Positions 13,143 through 25,596 of a stretch of DNA of 64,000 nucleotides are shown one piece after another. Position numbers and translations under genes: made by a program. Source of the DNA: Macrostomum lignano. Taxonomy: Eukaryota. Below the pieces are notes generated by a model. It had not been told where the DNA came from, ran no database searches, and saw nothing but the letters and a program-made list of their open reading frames with translations. The stretch's first letter is position 1. Each line of letters starts with the position of its first letter. The DNA lies in contig NIVC01000412.1 of assembly GCA_002269645.1 (NCBI GenBank), positions 620,001-684,000 on the forward strand, written 5' to 3'.

Positions 13143-13808
13143 AAGTCGGCTCGCCTGACCGATGCTGAGCAGCGCTTTGTCCGCCGGCGCCAGCAGCAGG
13201 ACACAGCCTATGCTCGCCGCCTCGCCGACTTTTGTCGCCTCGCCCTGTCCTACGCGCACCGTTGCCTGGCAGAAGAAAACTGCAGCATCGGCGACGCCAG
13301 TTTGGCTGAATTTCTCAACTCTGCGGCATCGGATGGCGCCATTCCCAGCAGGTCGTCCTGGCCGCCGCTGCCCGGCGTTAATAGTCAAGCTTCCGGCGAG
13401 TCTTTGTCCTCTTCCACGATGTCTTTGTCAGACCCGACTCCTCTCCGACGCCTGGTAGCGCTCCTTGAAGCAGCTGAGGCTGAGTTGTACTCAGTGGTGC
13501 TTCCGGATCTGCGTCGCAAGCGTTCAAATTCTCAGGAGACGTCAGATGCATCGACAGCCCGGCGGCTCGTCGAGCTGCTGCCAGAAGACGCTCGACTCGA
13601 GGCCTTGAGCTGGCTGCGCCTGACCTGCCTTCGACACGTTGCGAAATCCTCATCGAATGCGTCAATTTCTGCGGCCGAAGCGCTGAGGGAGCCGGCTAAC
13701 CGGCCCACCGGTACTCGGCCTGACTGCCTGGACAATCTGCTGGCCGAAATCGGAGCGGCTCCGCTGGCCCTGCTGCTGCCGCTCTGCGACGAACTGGAGA
13801 AAATTTTG
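13143..13808 (+). CDS. Probable downstream exon of the RNF213-like gene (C-terminal helical region, 222 codons)
   Basis: Acceptor TTTCAG ends at 13142 and donor GTGAG starts at 13809. Open 666 nt, phase 0-0, joining in frame to 11153 (…RANCPESDS|[15 protein letters not shown]…[19 protein letters not shown]…ELEKIL). GC-rich, coding-like. Confidence 0.65.
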
Positions 13809-13819
13809 GTGAGAGAGAC

Positions 13820-14900
<1,081 letters not shown>

Positions 14901-14988
14901 GATCTGAGTCAGCCCGAGCTTTTACCATTCAATTGGCTATTTTGCATGTTGCATTTTTCAAAAGAAGTCGCTAACTTTCTCATTTAAG

Positions 14989-15051
14989 GATTCGAAGAAG
15001 TCTGGGTCAGCTCAGAAGTACTCCAAAATTCTTAGGCGAATGGGTCGATGA
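14989..15051 (+). CDS. Putative terminal exon of the RNF213-like gene (DSKKSGSAQKYSKILRRMGR*)
   Basis: CTAAC branch-like motif and TTTCTCATTTAAG acceptor just after the (TCTG)n tract; phase 0; TGA at 15049-15051. Short, so weakly supported. Confidence 0.4.
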   Translation, partial: DSKKSGSAQKYSKILRRMGR

Positions 15052-15963
15052 TGCAGTGACGGTTCGGCCTTATAACCTGGAATTTTATTGCGAATTTAAT
15101 TATTAAAATTTTTAAATTTTGTTTTTAACTTTACACGCGAAGCAGGGAGTCAAGACGTTAAAAAAGGCTTACTGTTCTGTAATCTTAACAGTCAAAAAAG
15201 ATAGAAAAGCTTGCTTTATTTTGCGCCTTATTTGATTAAAGAGTAAGTTACTGGGACCCATTGATACAGAAAAAAATATTTTGCTAATTCGTTTACTGAA
15301 AATTCAAACAGATCGGGTATGGGTACTTAGTAGACTAGATGGACTAAGTTCCTAACATCGTAAAAGTTCAAGTCTAAGTTTATATTGTTTAAAGATCACT
15401 GAACAGTAAGATATAAACACTTTAACAGTAGTTTAACAGTAATTATTCGGCAAACTAAACTGCTAAATTTACCTTGATAAAATTTTTCACGCTCTGAATT
15501 TTTTTTGAAATTATCTCAGTTAACATGTTTTTTCACTGTGGGTAAGTGCTTTTTTAGAAAAAAATAATGAAAATGTAACTTATAAATTGTCACTCCTAAA
15601 TTTTTAAGCGCACAAGCGCCATGCCTCTGAATTATTAATAACATTTCAGAATCTTAATTTTCCTGTTTCCAAATTTTAACATTTATCTGTCTGTCTTTTT
15701 TTTATTATTTACTGTTCCACGTTTTTTATTACAACTTCGATCCACTGTAAGCCACTGCCCATGTAGCCTTATGCAAGGTTTTGGCATCGTCTTGATATAA
15801 AAATGAAACGTCAATCACTAAATATTTACTTCTCTGATTCCTCTATAAAAAGTGTTTTTAGGCGCCTAATTTATAAAATCTTCATTTCAGCATAATTTTG
15901 GTTATTTTTATAGGTAGAGATTGTTTTAATCAGCTGCGCGATTGACAAATATTAATTATTGTT

Positions 15964-16092
15964 ATGCCACAAACAAGGCAGATATCTCGCTGTCCTGAGT
16001 GTAGAAAGGCAGTGAGAAATTCTGATCCAGCAATTGACTGTGATACCTGTGGTAAATGGTACCACATTACCTGCAAGACAGGCATCAGCTGA
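15964..16092 (+). pseudogene. Truncated PHD-finger-like ORF (42 aa), probable transposon relic
   Basis: Manual translation: MPQTRQISRCPECRKAVRNSDPAIDCDTCGKWYHITCKTGIS*, giving CxxC…CxxCxxxxHxxC, the first six PHD ligands. Confidence 0.55.
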
Positions 16093-16907
16093 TCAGCATG
16101 CGTGTTTCTTAGAAATAAGCGTGTTTCTTAGAAGCACTTGCTTTGAAATGAAAAAGAAGTTTTAAAAATTAAAATAGTTTTTCTTAGAAACATCCCTTAA
16201 AACAAGTGTTATACTTCTACAGTATCTGTTTACAACACTGACGAAATGACGAAATGACTATTTGACGAAAAGGCTTTTGACGAAATGACGAAATGACTTT
16301 TTGATAAAAAGGCTTTTGACGAAAATGTTTTTGACGAAATGACCCGTCACCAGTGCGACAGAGCCTCTGTCACGATCGGATTGGATGTCAAAGAGTTCTT
16401 CGAATAATTTTGTAGTCCTTGTTACAAGCACCTTTTGTTACACAAAAATCTTATCGTTCATATCGCAACAGCACATCAATATCTCTTCAACGGACCACAT
16501 GTACATGTACGAGGGTGCAGAATAATTAGTGCTCAGCAGCTCTGCAAAGGCATAATCTTGGCCGAGTCTGAGACGTCAAACACATTTCAACAGCAATATC
16601 AGATTTGCAAGTTGTTTCCATAAGATATATATTTCATGTTATTTTAGTGAAATTACGGAAATCTGTTTACATTTCTGCGTGTGAGAGAATTCGCGAGCAT
16701 GCAGCAGAGATTAAGAATCGTACATGTAAGTGAGGACTAAGGAAGATTTTGATAAAGCCAAAAAGCATCTATAGTTTCTATAGTCTATAGTAGATTTCAT
16801 ATACTGTACCATGTGTTGCGAATGCATTTTATAATAATGTGAACGAAATCGAAGAGCATCGATAATTTTTGACGCCTGTGCAGCATGGCCTTCATTCCAA
16901 TTCATAG

Positions 16908-17106
16908 TGCAAGACCGTGGGTTGAGTTGCAGTGAATAACAAAAACGTGAGGAGACCTCACTGGCTAACGCCAATATATTTATTGCCAAAGTTGGGTGGG
17001 TGTAGCCACCCTAAGCACGCACACGCCGCAGCGCTAAACCCCAGCCCCCAAACCAGCCAGACGTGCACATCAAGCTAGTGCACGCGCACCAACAAGCCAG
17101 ACTACA
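16908..17106 (-). repeat. 3' LTR (199 bp)
   Basis: Direct repeat of 21505-21700 with about 8 isolated substitutions plus one clustered change that includes a 3 bp indel. Confidence 0.95.
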
Positions 17107-17120
17107 CTAATTTCCCCCTA
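17107..17120 (-). promoter_or_regulatory. Polypurine tract of the Gypsy element
   Basis: Minus strand AGGGGGAAATTAG immediately precedes the 3' LTR. Confidence 0.65.
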
Positions 17121-17248
17121 GAAGCAAAAGACATTTCCCGAGTCAAGCAAAGCCCGCCATGTACAAGTCAAGTGGCCGCCGCTCTCTAGCCGACCGCCGC
17201 GGAACCTTGACCGGCTCGGCCGGTGCCGCCGGCGGCTCCTCTGGTGCC

Positions 17249-20200
17249 TCATCTGCCTGCAGCTCGGGCCAGAAGGTCACCGCGTCGCCGCCAGGATCGG
17301 CCGCCTGCCCGGGCGGCTCTGCGGCGGTGCCGTCGTTGTCGGAGTCGGCAGCCGGCGGCCGGGAGCTCCAGTGACGCCCGCCGCTGCACGAAGCGCTTGA
17401 GGCGGTCGTGGTTGCACCACCAGCCGGCGCCTGCGGCCGGTCTCGTCCTGGATGCGGTAATTGTCATGACCTCGCCCAGGCGCCTTAGGACTCGGAACGG
17501 CCCCTTCCACTTGGCGCTCATGCAGGCACCGCGTCTGGCCGCGCTTGATGACGGAGTTGCGCAACATCACGAGCTGGCCCTCTTCGAACGGCACAAACCG
17601 AGAGTCCTGGTTGGCCAGCCGGTTGCGCTCGACCTGGGCGCGATCCGCAGTCGGCCGTGCACCGTGTCGAAGGCGCTCTGCAGGTTCTCCTGAGTCCGCC
17701 GCAGGAAGCCGTGATGTCCATCGTCGGCTGCCGGCCGGTCGCCGCTTGTCAGCCAGCTGTCGAGATCCAGCCTCGGTGGCCAGCCGTGGAGGACCTGGTA
17801 CGGACTGAGGCCGGTGGTGCTGTGCACGGAGGTGTTGTAGGCCCAGATCACATACGGCAGCTTGCTGTCCCAGTCCTGCTGGTTCTCGGCCACCGTCGTC
17901 GCCAGCATGTCGCCGAGCATCCGGTTGCCTCGCTCGACGATTCCGTTGCCGCTCGGATGAAATGGCGACGACGTGCGCGTCTTCTCGACGCCCAGCTGCT
18001 CGCAGAGCCGGCCGAACACCTCGCTCTCGAATTGCCGTCCCTGGTCACTGTGCAGCACCTGAGGAGCGCCGTGACGCAGAACCACCGATTTGAGCAGCGC
18101 ATCCGCCACAGTCACCGCGTCGATCACCACCAGGGCTGCCGTCTCCATCCACTTGGAGAAGGCGTCGCACATGCTCAGGATGTACGCCTTGCCATCAGTC
18201 GTACGCGGAAGCGGCCCTTTGATGTCGATCTGCACCAGCCGCCACGGAGCCGTCGGCTGGCACGTCGACTGTAGCGGCGCCTTCTGCGGCTTGGTTGGAC
18301 TCTTCTTGGCCAGGCAGACCGCGCAGCTGGCCACCCAGTTCTCGACGTCCCGACGCAGACCAGGCCACCAGCAGCGCTCAGACAACCTCGCTCCGGTCCT
18401 GTCGACGCCGAGGTGTCCGCTCTGGTCGCACGAGTGCGCCTGCTGCAGGAAATGTGGCCGCAGGTGACCGGGAATGACTGGCCGGCCACCCATCAGCAGG
18501 ACACCCGCCGAGCTCACCGAGGCCTCGTCCAGCAGCTCGCGAACCTGCGCCGCCCATGAATCGGACAGGCTGTCAATCCCTTCGGTCAGCGTCTGGAACG
18601 TCTTGCTCAGCAGCGGGTCTTGCAGTTGTTCCTCGTGCAGGCTGCTGTCGTCCCACCGAGGCTGCAGGCGCGTGCCGGCCACCCGGCTCAGCGCATCCGG
18701 CACGACGTTGTCCCTGCCAGGCCAGTACAGCAGTTCGAACGAAAACTGCTGCAGCGTCGAAAGCCATCGCGCCAGCCGACCTTCGGGGTCCTTTGTTGTC
18801 AGCAGACCTTGCAGTGGCCGGTGGTCCGAGTAGACTCTGAAGCTCGGGACACTCAGCAGGTACGTCCTGAAGTGCTTCAGACTCCAGACCAGCGCCAGCA
18901 GCTCGCGGTCGGTCGCCGAGTAGTTGCGCTCGGCCTTGTTGAGGGTGCGAGAGGCGAACGCCACAGGCAGCTCGGCGTCACCGTGCAGCTGGCTGAGCAC
19001 CGCGCCGACGGCGAACTGACTTCTGTCGCAGCTGAGCACGAACTGCTTGGTGAAATCTGGCAGCCTCAGCACCGGAGCCGTCGTCAGCCGGTCCTTCAAC
19101 TCGCGGCACGCTCGCTCGCAGTCGCTGCTCCACGCGAAGTCCCTCGATTTCACGCTGACGTCGTGCAGGACCCTCGCCGTCTGACTGAAGCCTGGGATGA
19201 ACCGGCGGTAGAACCCCAGCTTTCCGAGAAACCGCTTCACCTCCTCGGTCGTCGTTGGGCTGGGCATGCTGCGAATGGCCTTGACCTTGCCGGGATCCGG
19301 TGCGATGCCCTGCTCGCTGATCAGGTGTCCCAGGTACAGCACTCGGCGATGGCCGAACGCGCTCTTGGCCTTGTGCAGCTTAAGTCCCGCGTCTCGCAAC
19401 CGCTTAAAAACTTCCGTCAGCCTCTCCAAGTGCTCGTCAAATGTCCGGCTGAAGACAATGACGTCGTCGATGTAAGTCAGCACGGACTCCCAGGACAGGC
19501 CGGACATCACCAGCTCCATGAGCCGCTGGAACGTCGCCGGGGCGTTGCACATCCCAGGTGCGGCAGCGGGTACGCGTCCCTGACGGTGCAGGCATTCAGC
19601 TGCCGCCAGTCCGTGCACAGTCTGATGTCGCCGTTCTTCTTGCGGACCACCAGCAGGTTGCTGGCCCATGGCGATGTCGACGGCTCGATGATGCCGCTGT
19701 CCAGCATATGGCCGATCTTCTTGTCCACCTGGTCTCGCACAGACAGCGGCAGCCGGCGCTGGACCTGCCGGTGTGGCCGCGCTCCCGGCTCCAGCTCGAT
19801 CTGGTGCTGCAGCAACGCCGTCGTGCCCAGGTCGTACTCGTGCCTGGCGAACAGGTCCTCGTTGCGCTCCAGCAGCTGTCGCAGCCTCGCAGCATCCGGT
19901 TCGGGCAGCTCCGCGTTGATGTTCCAATCGACGGGGGTCTCCTGGGCCGCCTCCTGGCGACCCTCCCAGTCTGTCATCGCGCCTTCGAACGTGCCGACCG
20001 CCTTGTTGGCGTACAGCAGCACGGGCTCCTCTGCCAGGTTGCATATTTTCACCGGGATGCGGCAGCCGTCCGAGACCGCCAACACGCGGGCCGGAAGGAC
20101 GACCGTGGACTTCACAAAGTCCTCAGACGGCTCAAAGACTCCCTGCTCGCCGCTGGAATCCACCTTGAGCCACACCAGCTTCTCGCTGCGGGTGGGCAAC

Positions 20201-20703
20201 TCCATAGTTGCCGCCTCACGCGCCACCAGGACACTCGGCACCAGGCGACAGTCTGCTCGAGCCGGCTCGCTGCTGAAAGGCGCAGCTGTGCTGTCGAACT
20301 TGACGACGCCTTCTTTAATGTCGATGGTTATCGCCTGCGACACCTGGCCGATGAAGTCCATGCCGATGATCAGGCTGGGCTGAATGCCGTCCACGACTGT
20401 GAAGCGATGGCGCACGCGGATGGTCTGGCCGATCGAAACATCCGCTGCTGACAGGCCAGGGCAGCGCAGCCGGGATCCGTCGACAGCCGTCGGCAGTGCA
20501 CCGATGTCGGTGGAGTCGATCTTGCACTGCAGTCTGTCGAACAGCGACTTGTCCATCAACGAAACTTGCGCGCCGGTGTAGAGCAGAGCAGGCGCTGACA
20601 CGCTGCCAAAGTGCACCTTCACGAAGACTGAAGGCGCTGATCTGAGGGCCCCTTTTGAGCGGGTCGGTGCTGGCCCCAGGCTGCCGACCCTCAGAAGTTT
20701 CCC
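17249..20703 (-). pseudogene. pol: Gypsy pol (protease, RT, RNase H, integrase), disrupted
   Basis: LLYTGAQVS (protease), DAYPLP, CNAPATFQR, LTYIDDVIVFS, YSATDRELLA, GHLGVDRT…CAVC, QIDIKGPLP, HSDQGRQFES, GNGIVERGNR, KWKGPFRV. Confidence 0.92.
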
Positions 20704-21484
20704 TGCGGCTGACCAGTTGGTGTCGGGCACACCGCGGCGGAGTGACCCTTGCCTGAGCACCGGCTGCAGCGGCTGCCGATCGCCTTTGGGCACCGCCTAG
20801 CGATGTGACCCGGCTCGCCGCAGCTGAAGCACTTAATGGGTCCCTTCTGACGCCTGTCTCTTCCGGGTGGTCCCGTTCGCACGCTGGCTGTCAGCTGCTG
20901 CATCTGCTGCTCCAGCTGGCTCAGCCGTCTGTCTTCCACCGACACCGCAGCTGATGAGGCTGTAGTCGCGTGGCTCACCAGCTCAAGCTGCGCAGCTCTG
21001 TCGACGATGGCGGCCAGCGAACACGAGTCCCCGTCCTGGTCCTTCAACAGCGCATCTCTCACGGCAGATGGCAGGAGGCGCATCAGGCGAAACTTCTCGT
21101 CTTTTCCCGAGCCGCCACGGAGTCGTCCGGGCGGGCCCGAAGGTGGAGAAGCTTCAGGCTGTAGGCGAGCTCCCTCAGCGACTCGTTGGGCTTTCACTTT
21201 CGCCCTTCAAACTCCTCCATTGCTCTGTAGCAGCTCAGACTGTTGCCGAAGCACTCGATCAGCTTCTCCTTCAGCCTTTCATAGCTGGCTGACACGTCTG
21301 CCGGCTGCTCCCAGACGAAGATTTGCGCTTCTCCTGTCACCAGCAGTCTCAGCTTCTTTGCCTTCTTCTTGTCGTCCCATTCGCAGTCGTCGGCGAAGTC
21401 TTCAAAGGTGCTTAGCCTCATTCTCACGTTGGAGTCGCCGCTGAACTTTGGAGGCAATAAACTGGCTTGCTCTGATTTGGGCAT
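20691..21484 (-). pseudogene. gag: Gypsy gag (in-frame TGA at 21194-21196 plus a frameshift)
   Basis: PPKFSGD motif; EFEGRK*KPNESLRELAYSL; zinc knuckles CFSCGEPGHIARRC and CSRCSGKGHSAAVC. Confidence 0.88.
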
Positions 21485-21490
21485 ACTGAG

Positions 21491-21500
21491 ACCGCTGCCA
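21491..21500 (-). promoter_or_regulatory. Primer-binding site complementary to the tRNA-Leu 3' end
   Basis: Plus strand reads ACCGCTGCCA, the 3' end of eukaryotic tRNA-Leu including CCA, 4 nt inside the 5' LTR. Confidence 0.8.
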
Positions 21501-21504
21501 CAAG

Positions 21505-21700
21505 TGTAAGACCGTGGGTTGAGTTGCAGTGAGTAACAAAAACGTGAGGAGACCTCACTGGCTCACGCCAATATATTTATTGCCAAAGTTGGGTGGGTGT
21601 AGCCACCCTAAGCACACACACGCCGCAGCGCTAAACCCCAACCCCCAAACAAGCCAGACGTGCACTTCTAAGTGCACGCATACCAACAAGCCAGACTACA
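21505..21700 (-). repeat. 5' LTR (196 bp)
   Basis: Direct repeat of 16908-17106; TG…CA ends; AATAAA on the minus strand. Confidence 0.95.
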
Positions 21701-22885
21701 ATAGTAATTAATTCTTGTTCACAGTAAAATAAATCAGATTTTATGTATTTACTAACACCCCAGTCACAAAAAACTCTGCAGTCAAGATATACGCCGGAAG
21801 TAGTCTATAAACTATCGACAGATACAAAAGGCTTTTCTCTAGGTAATGGCTTTCTCATTATGGCCAGAATTGTCCTAGCAACCCCTGGTAGGATCGTCCA
21901 AAACTCCACTCGATATATCGATACGGTTGCACATGTATGTACATTTCGTCAGCCATAATAACACAGCTTCGCTGAAATGGTTCTGAACAGGACACGAAGA
22001 CTGAACTTCAGTGAAAATATGGGCGATGGATTTTTGGGCCTCTCCCTATAGAGTTCTTCCATTGGGGCATCGCTTGGTCAATGCTTTTCGCATTCACATC
22101 CATGAGGTCAGTCACTGTTTAAATGAAAGGTTAAAATTTAAAGAGGTTGTGTCTTGCGTCGGGGCTGCCAAGTCTGCAGAAGCAGATCAATCAACCGTGA
22201 AATCTTACATGGCAATATAGATTATACAAAGCCTGCTGTGAGTTCAGAATTATTGCCTGTAACCATGGAAATCACCGTTTGTGATAATGAACACGCCCTG
22301 TGCTATTAGTTGACATGGCCTAACTGAGCTAGTTTAATGTAACTACTGCAATAGCTTGATAGTTATCTATTGCCTGGAGGTTTCTAAAAAGCTAATCTTA
22401 TTTGCGGCAATTTTCTCTGGTAAAGTGTGCCCGATTAGAAGCAGATTAGAAGACTAAAGTAAATACATATAGAACCATTTAAAAAGATTATTTAGTGTTT
22501 CTCAAGTTTTAATTAGACTTCGAATCACTGCTTTGAGAAGGTTTTAACTGAAGGTCATTTTGCTTCATTTGCTACGCACGCTTGCTGCAGTGTACATGTT
22601 TGTTGCTATGAACACAGAACGACTAGAGATTTTCTCTAAGAAAGAGTTTGAGTCATTGCCCAAGTGGCTAGAATCTTATCAACCAGTATTGAAAGCTATA
22701 CGAGCGTATAAAATAATAGTCAAATGCAATGCCGCACAGCCATTTTGATGACGGGACTTCCAGTTTTGACAGCTTATACACTTGACCTTCACAAGCAGAG
22801 TGCAGTGGCTAATAAAACTTGCAATAGACATACTTACTAATATTGCTTTGAACTACACTTACTGCCCCGATATATTATTATATAG

Positions 22886-25596
22886 ATGACGATGTCATCG
22901 AAAACGATTCTATCGTTGCTTGTTGCAGCGTTGGTGTTTAACTGTGCTACTCAACCTGCGGATTGCGCCGTTTGTAAGCGGGCTTGTCCTTTTTTGCTTC
23001 TTTTAGATGCACATTCATTTGTCTCATTGAATGTGTTTTTAGTAGCCTTAAGTAATGAGCGTACAGCATGGGACAATGCATTAACTTTATAAGCAATGCA
23101 TGTGAAAAAATCTGCGGTCGCAGCACGTGACAACGAATTGTCCATGGCTCGCGCCTCCGGTAGAGTTCATCCTACACTGTACGAGCATGTATTAATACCG
23201 TGAATCACTGCAACACGGAATTCCGTCATTTCAGATCAGCAAATCCAGCTGTTTGAGTGCAAGCAGAGCTCAACCCATAACGACGCCAAATGCGTTCGAG
23301 CGATCGATGGCAACACCAACCAGGACTATCACGCCGGCTCGTGCACTCATACGGCGACGCCCCAGAGCTGGTGGCAGGCTCGAGCCGAGCGACTCACGCA
23401 CTTCAAGCAGATTCGCATCTACAACCGAATGGACTGCTGCTCGGAGCGACTGGACTACTTCTCCATCTATATCGATGGCCATCTGAGTGCTGCTTATCGA
23501 GGCGAACCCTTCTCGCATAACACATTCAATGTTGACAGAGTTGGCGAGGTGCTTCGAATTCAAAGTCACAGGGATTCGGCATTCTCGTTGTGTGAAGTAC
23601 AAGTCTTCGGCGAGGTCGTGAGCCTGCCCGCGATCGGAGGTGAGATAAAAAGCTGGATTTGAAATAAAAATAATAATTTCACTTCCATCTACGCGCGTAC
23701 GAGTACAAAGCCGCTGCTCTCCTCACGGAAAAGAAAAGTTAATTGGGGTGTTCATAGGGCAGCTCGTAAGTGCTTGCCCAAAACATTTCGAGCTCAAATA
23801 AAAAGACTTAAAAGAGAGCCATGCACCGATTTCAGAGCGCCTAGCATTCGACTCTTGCTCGCAGAGTTCAACTTCAGCTGAAGGCGTCTGCGACCGAGCC
23901 ATCGACGGCAGCACCAAGCAAGATTACAGTTACAAGTCCTGCAGTCACACCAACCAGGAGCGAGGCTGGTGGCAGGGCCACCTGACCAAGACCAGCGAAG
24001 TGACTCACGTCCGAATCTACAACAGACTGGACTGCTGCTCGGAAAGGCTGTCGGACTTTGCCGTACTCATCGACGGTCACGAATGCGCATCGTATCGCTC
24101 GGAGCCGAGCTCGTTCTTCTCGGTGCTGACGCTCCCGTGCGAAGGCGCCGGTCAGACAATCAAAATTGTTAATCGGAGGCCGACGTCTTTGACTTTGTGC
24201 GAAGTCCAGGCGTTTGGAAAGGTTAAGGAAGACATATCTCTGCCATCAAGTAAGTACGAGCTAGGATTTTCAATATACCCTCGTAGCAAGTATACATATA
24301 TGTGTTGCATTTTCTGCTTCCGTCCGTGCGGGCCGCAGACGGGGTGATCAGGGGTTCGGGTACTGGACTGCCCAGAGCTTGCCGGGTGGGATAGGCGAGA
24401 GATTGGCGACCCCTGAGGCGTACAGACACTTCGAGGGGGAGGCGGAGAGGCTGGGAGCGTACAGACACTCGTCCAGCCCCACGGAGAGAGGGCCAGATTC
24501 GGATGAGGAGGGTGTGAGCAGGTAGCCACTCAGCAGCAGCAGAGGTGAGCACGGGTCTGGAGGCGTACAGACACTTCGCAGACCCGAAGGAAGACGGTGG
24601 CGAGAGAAGTGGATAATGAAATGAAGATAGGACAAATGAATGAAAACAAACACTAGCTGTCCTACTGGGCGGGGTCACTTGTCGCGCTCATACAGGCGTG
24701 GTCTCTAATATTTTATTCTGCTCAACCAATGTTGTAGTTTCGCAAGCATGCACAAGTGGTAGGGAGAGAGCAGGGGGCTGGGTGGGGCTAAGCCATGCAC
24801 GGCTGGGGGGTGGGGGGCAAAGCTCACAGAGTTAAAGGGCGAGAGAGAAAGAAGGGGGAAGGCTAGCCAATCAGGTGCCTCCGCGGCGAGACCTATGATT
24901 GGACTAGCCCAAGCGAGAGAGAGATGAAAAGACGCCAGCCAATGAAAATGTGGGCAAATGAAAATGAGGAAAATAAAATGAATGGCAGCTTTAGACGGAG
25001 GGGGCAAACCAGAATAAACCCGTGGCAGGGAGAGGAGGGGCGGAGAGCGCAGGGGTCGGGGCAAGGGCATTTCGAGGCGCAGCTCACAATATATGCATAT
25101 ATTAAGAAATACTGTCGCAAAGGGGTTCTCTGATCTCAAGACTTATCCAACAGTTGTCAACAAAGGCAACGGACCCTAACTCAATAAAATTGCAGAGCAG
25201 CTCAGGTTCAATAGTTGTAGTCAGAGCTCAACTACCTCTGGTGGCGACTGCAAACGCGCATTTGATGGCATCCGGAAACAGGACTACCACGCTGGCTCGT
25301 GCACACACACGGAGAGTGCGCACAACAACTGGTGGCAGGGCCAAATGCGCCAAGCCGCCTTTGTAACGCAGGTTCGAATCTACAACCGCCTGGATTGCTG
25401 CTCTGACAGACTCAACGATTTCTCAATCAGCGTTGGCGGCCACGAATGCGCTTCTTATCGTTCCGACGGCTACTTTTCCGCGCGAACGTTCGAGTGCCAC
25501 GCATACGGCCAAGTTGTTCACATTGACAGCCACAAAGCGGTGCCGCTGACTCTTTGCGAAGTCGAGGTGTTCGGCAGCGACCAGCCGAGAAAATGA
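22886..25596 (+). CDS. Secreted F-type lectin (fucolectin) with three tandem FTL domains, ~457 aa; exons 22886-22973, 23094-23159, 23235-23639, 23836-24249, 25196-25596
   Basis: Hydrophobic signal-peptide-like exon 1; all four introns GT-AG and phase 1. Each large exon has QSST…RAxDG…SCxHT…WWQ…RIYNRxDCCSxR…LCEVxxFG. Exon lengths sum to 1374 nt with no internal stop. Confidence 0.9.

Larger units (their letters stand above)
16908..21700 (-). mobile_element. Ty3/Gypsy LTR retrotransposon, LTR-to-LTR but degenerate
   Basis: Two direct LTRs (TG…CA), ATAG TSD at 16904-16907 and 21701-21704, gag with two CCHC knuckles, pol order PR-RT(YIDD)-RNaseH-IN(HHCC, DDE, GPF). Confidence 0.96.

Noticed and set aside
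17657-20451. Plus-strand ORFs (205, 587 and 297 aa) over the retrotransposon
   Set aside because: Antisense shadows of GC-rich pol codons with no recognisable motifs.
22875-22888. AG directly before the lectin ATG as a trans-splice acceptor
   Set aside because: No polypyrimidine tract and no way to distinguish it from chance without transcript data.
24340-25080. GC-rich insert with three GCGTACAGACACT motifs in lectin intron 4
   Set aside because: Probably a repeat fragment, but I could find no termini, TSD or second full copy.
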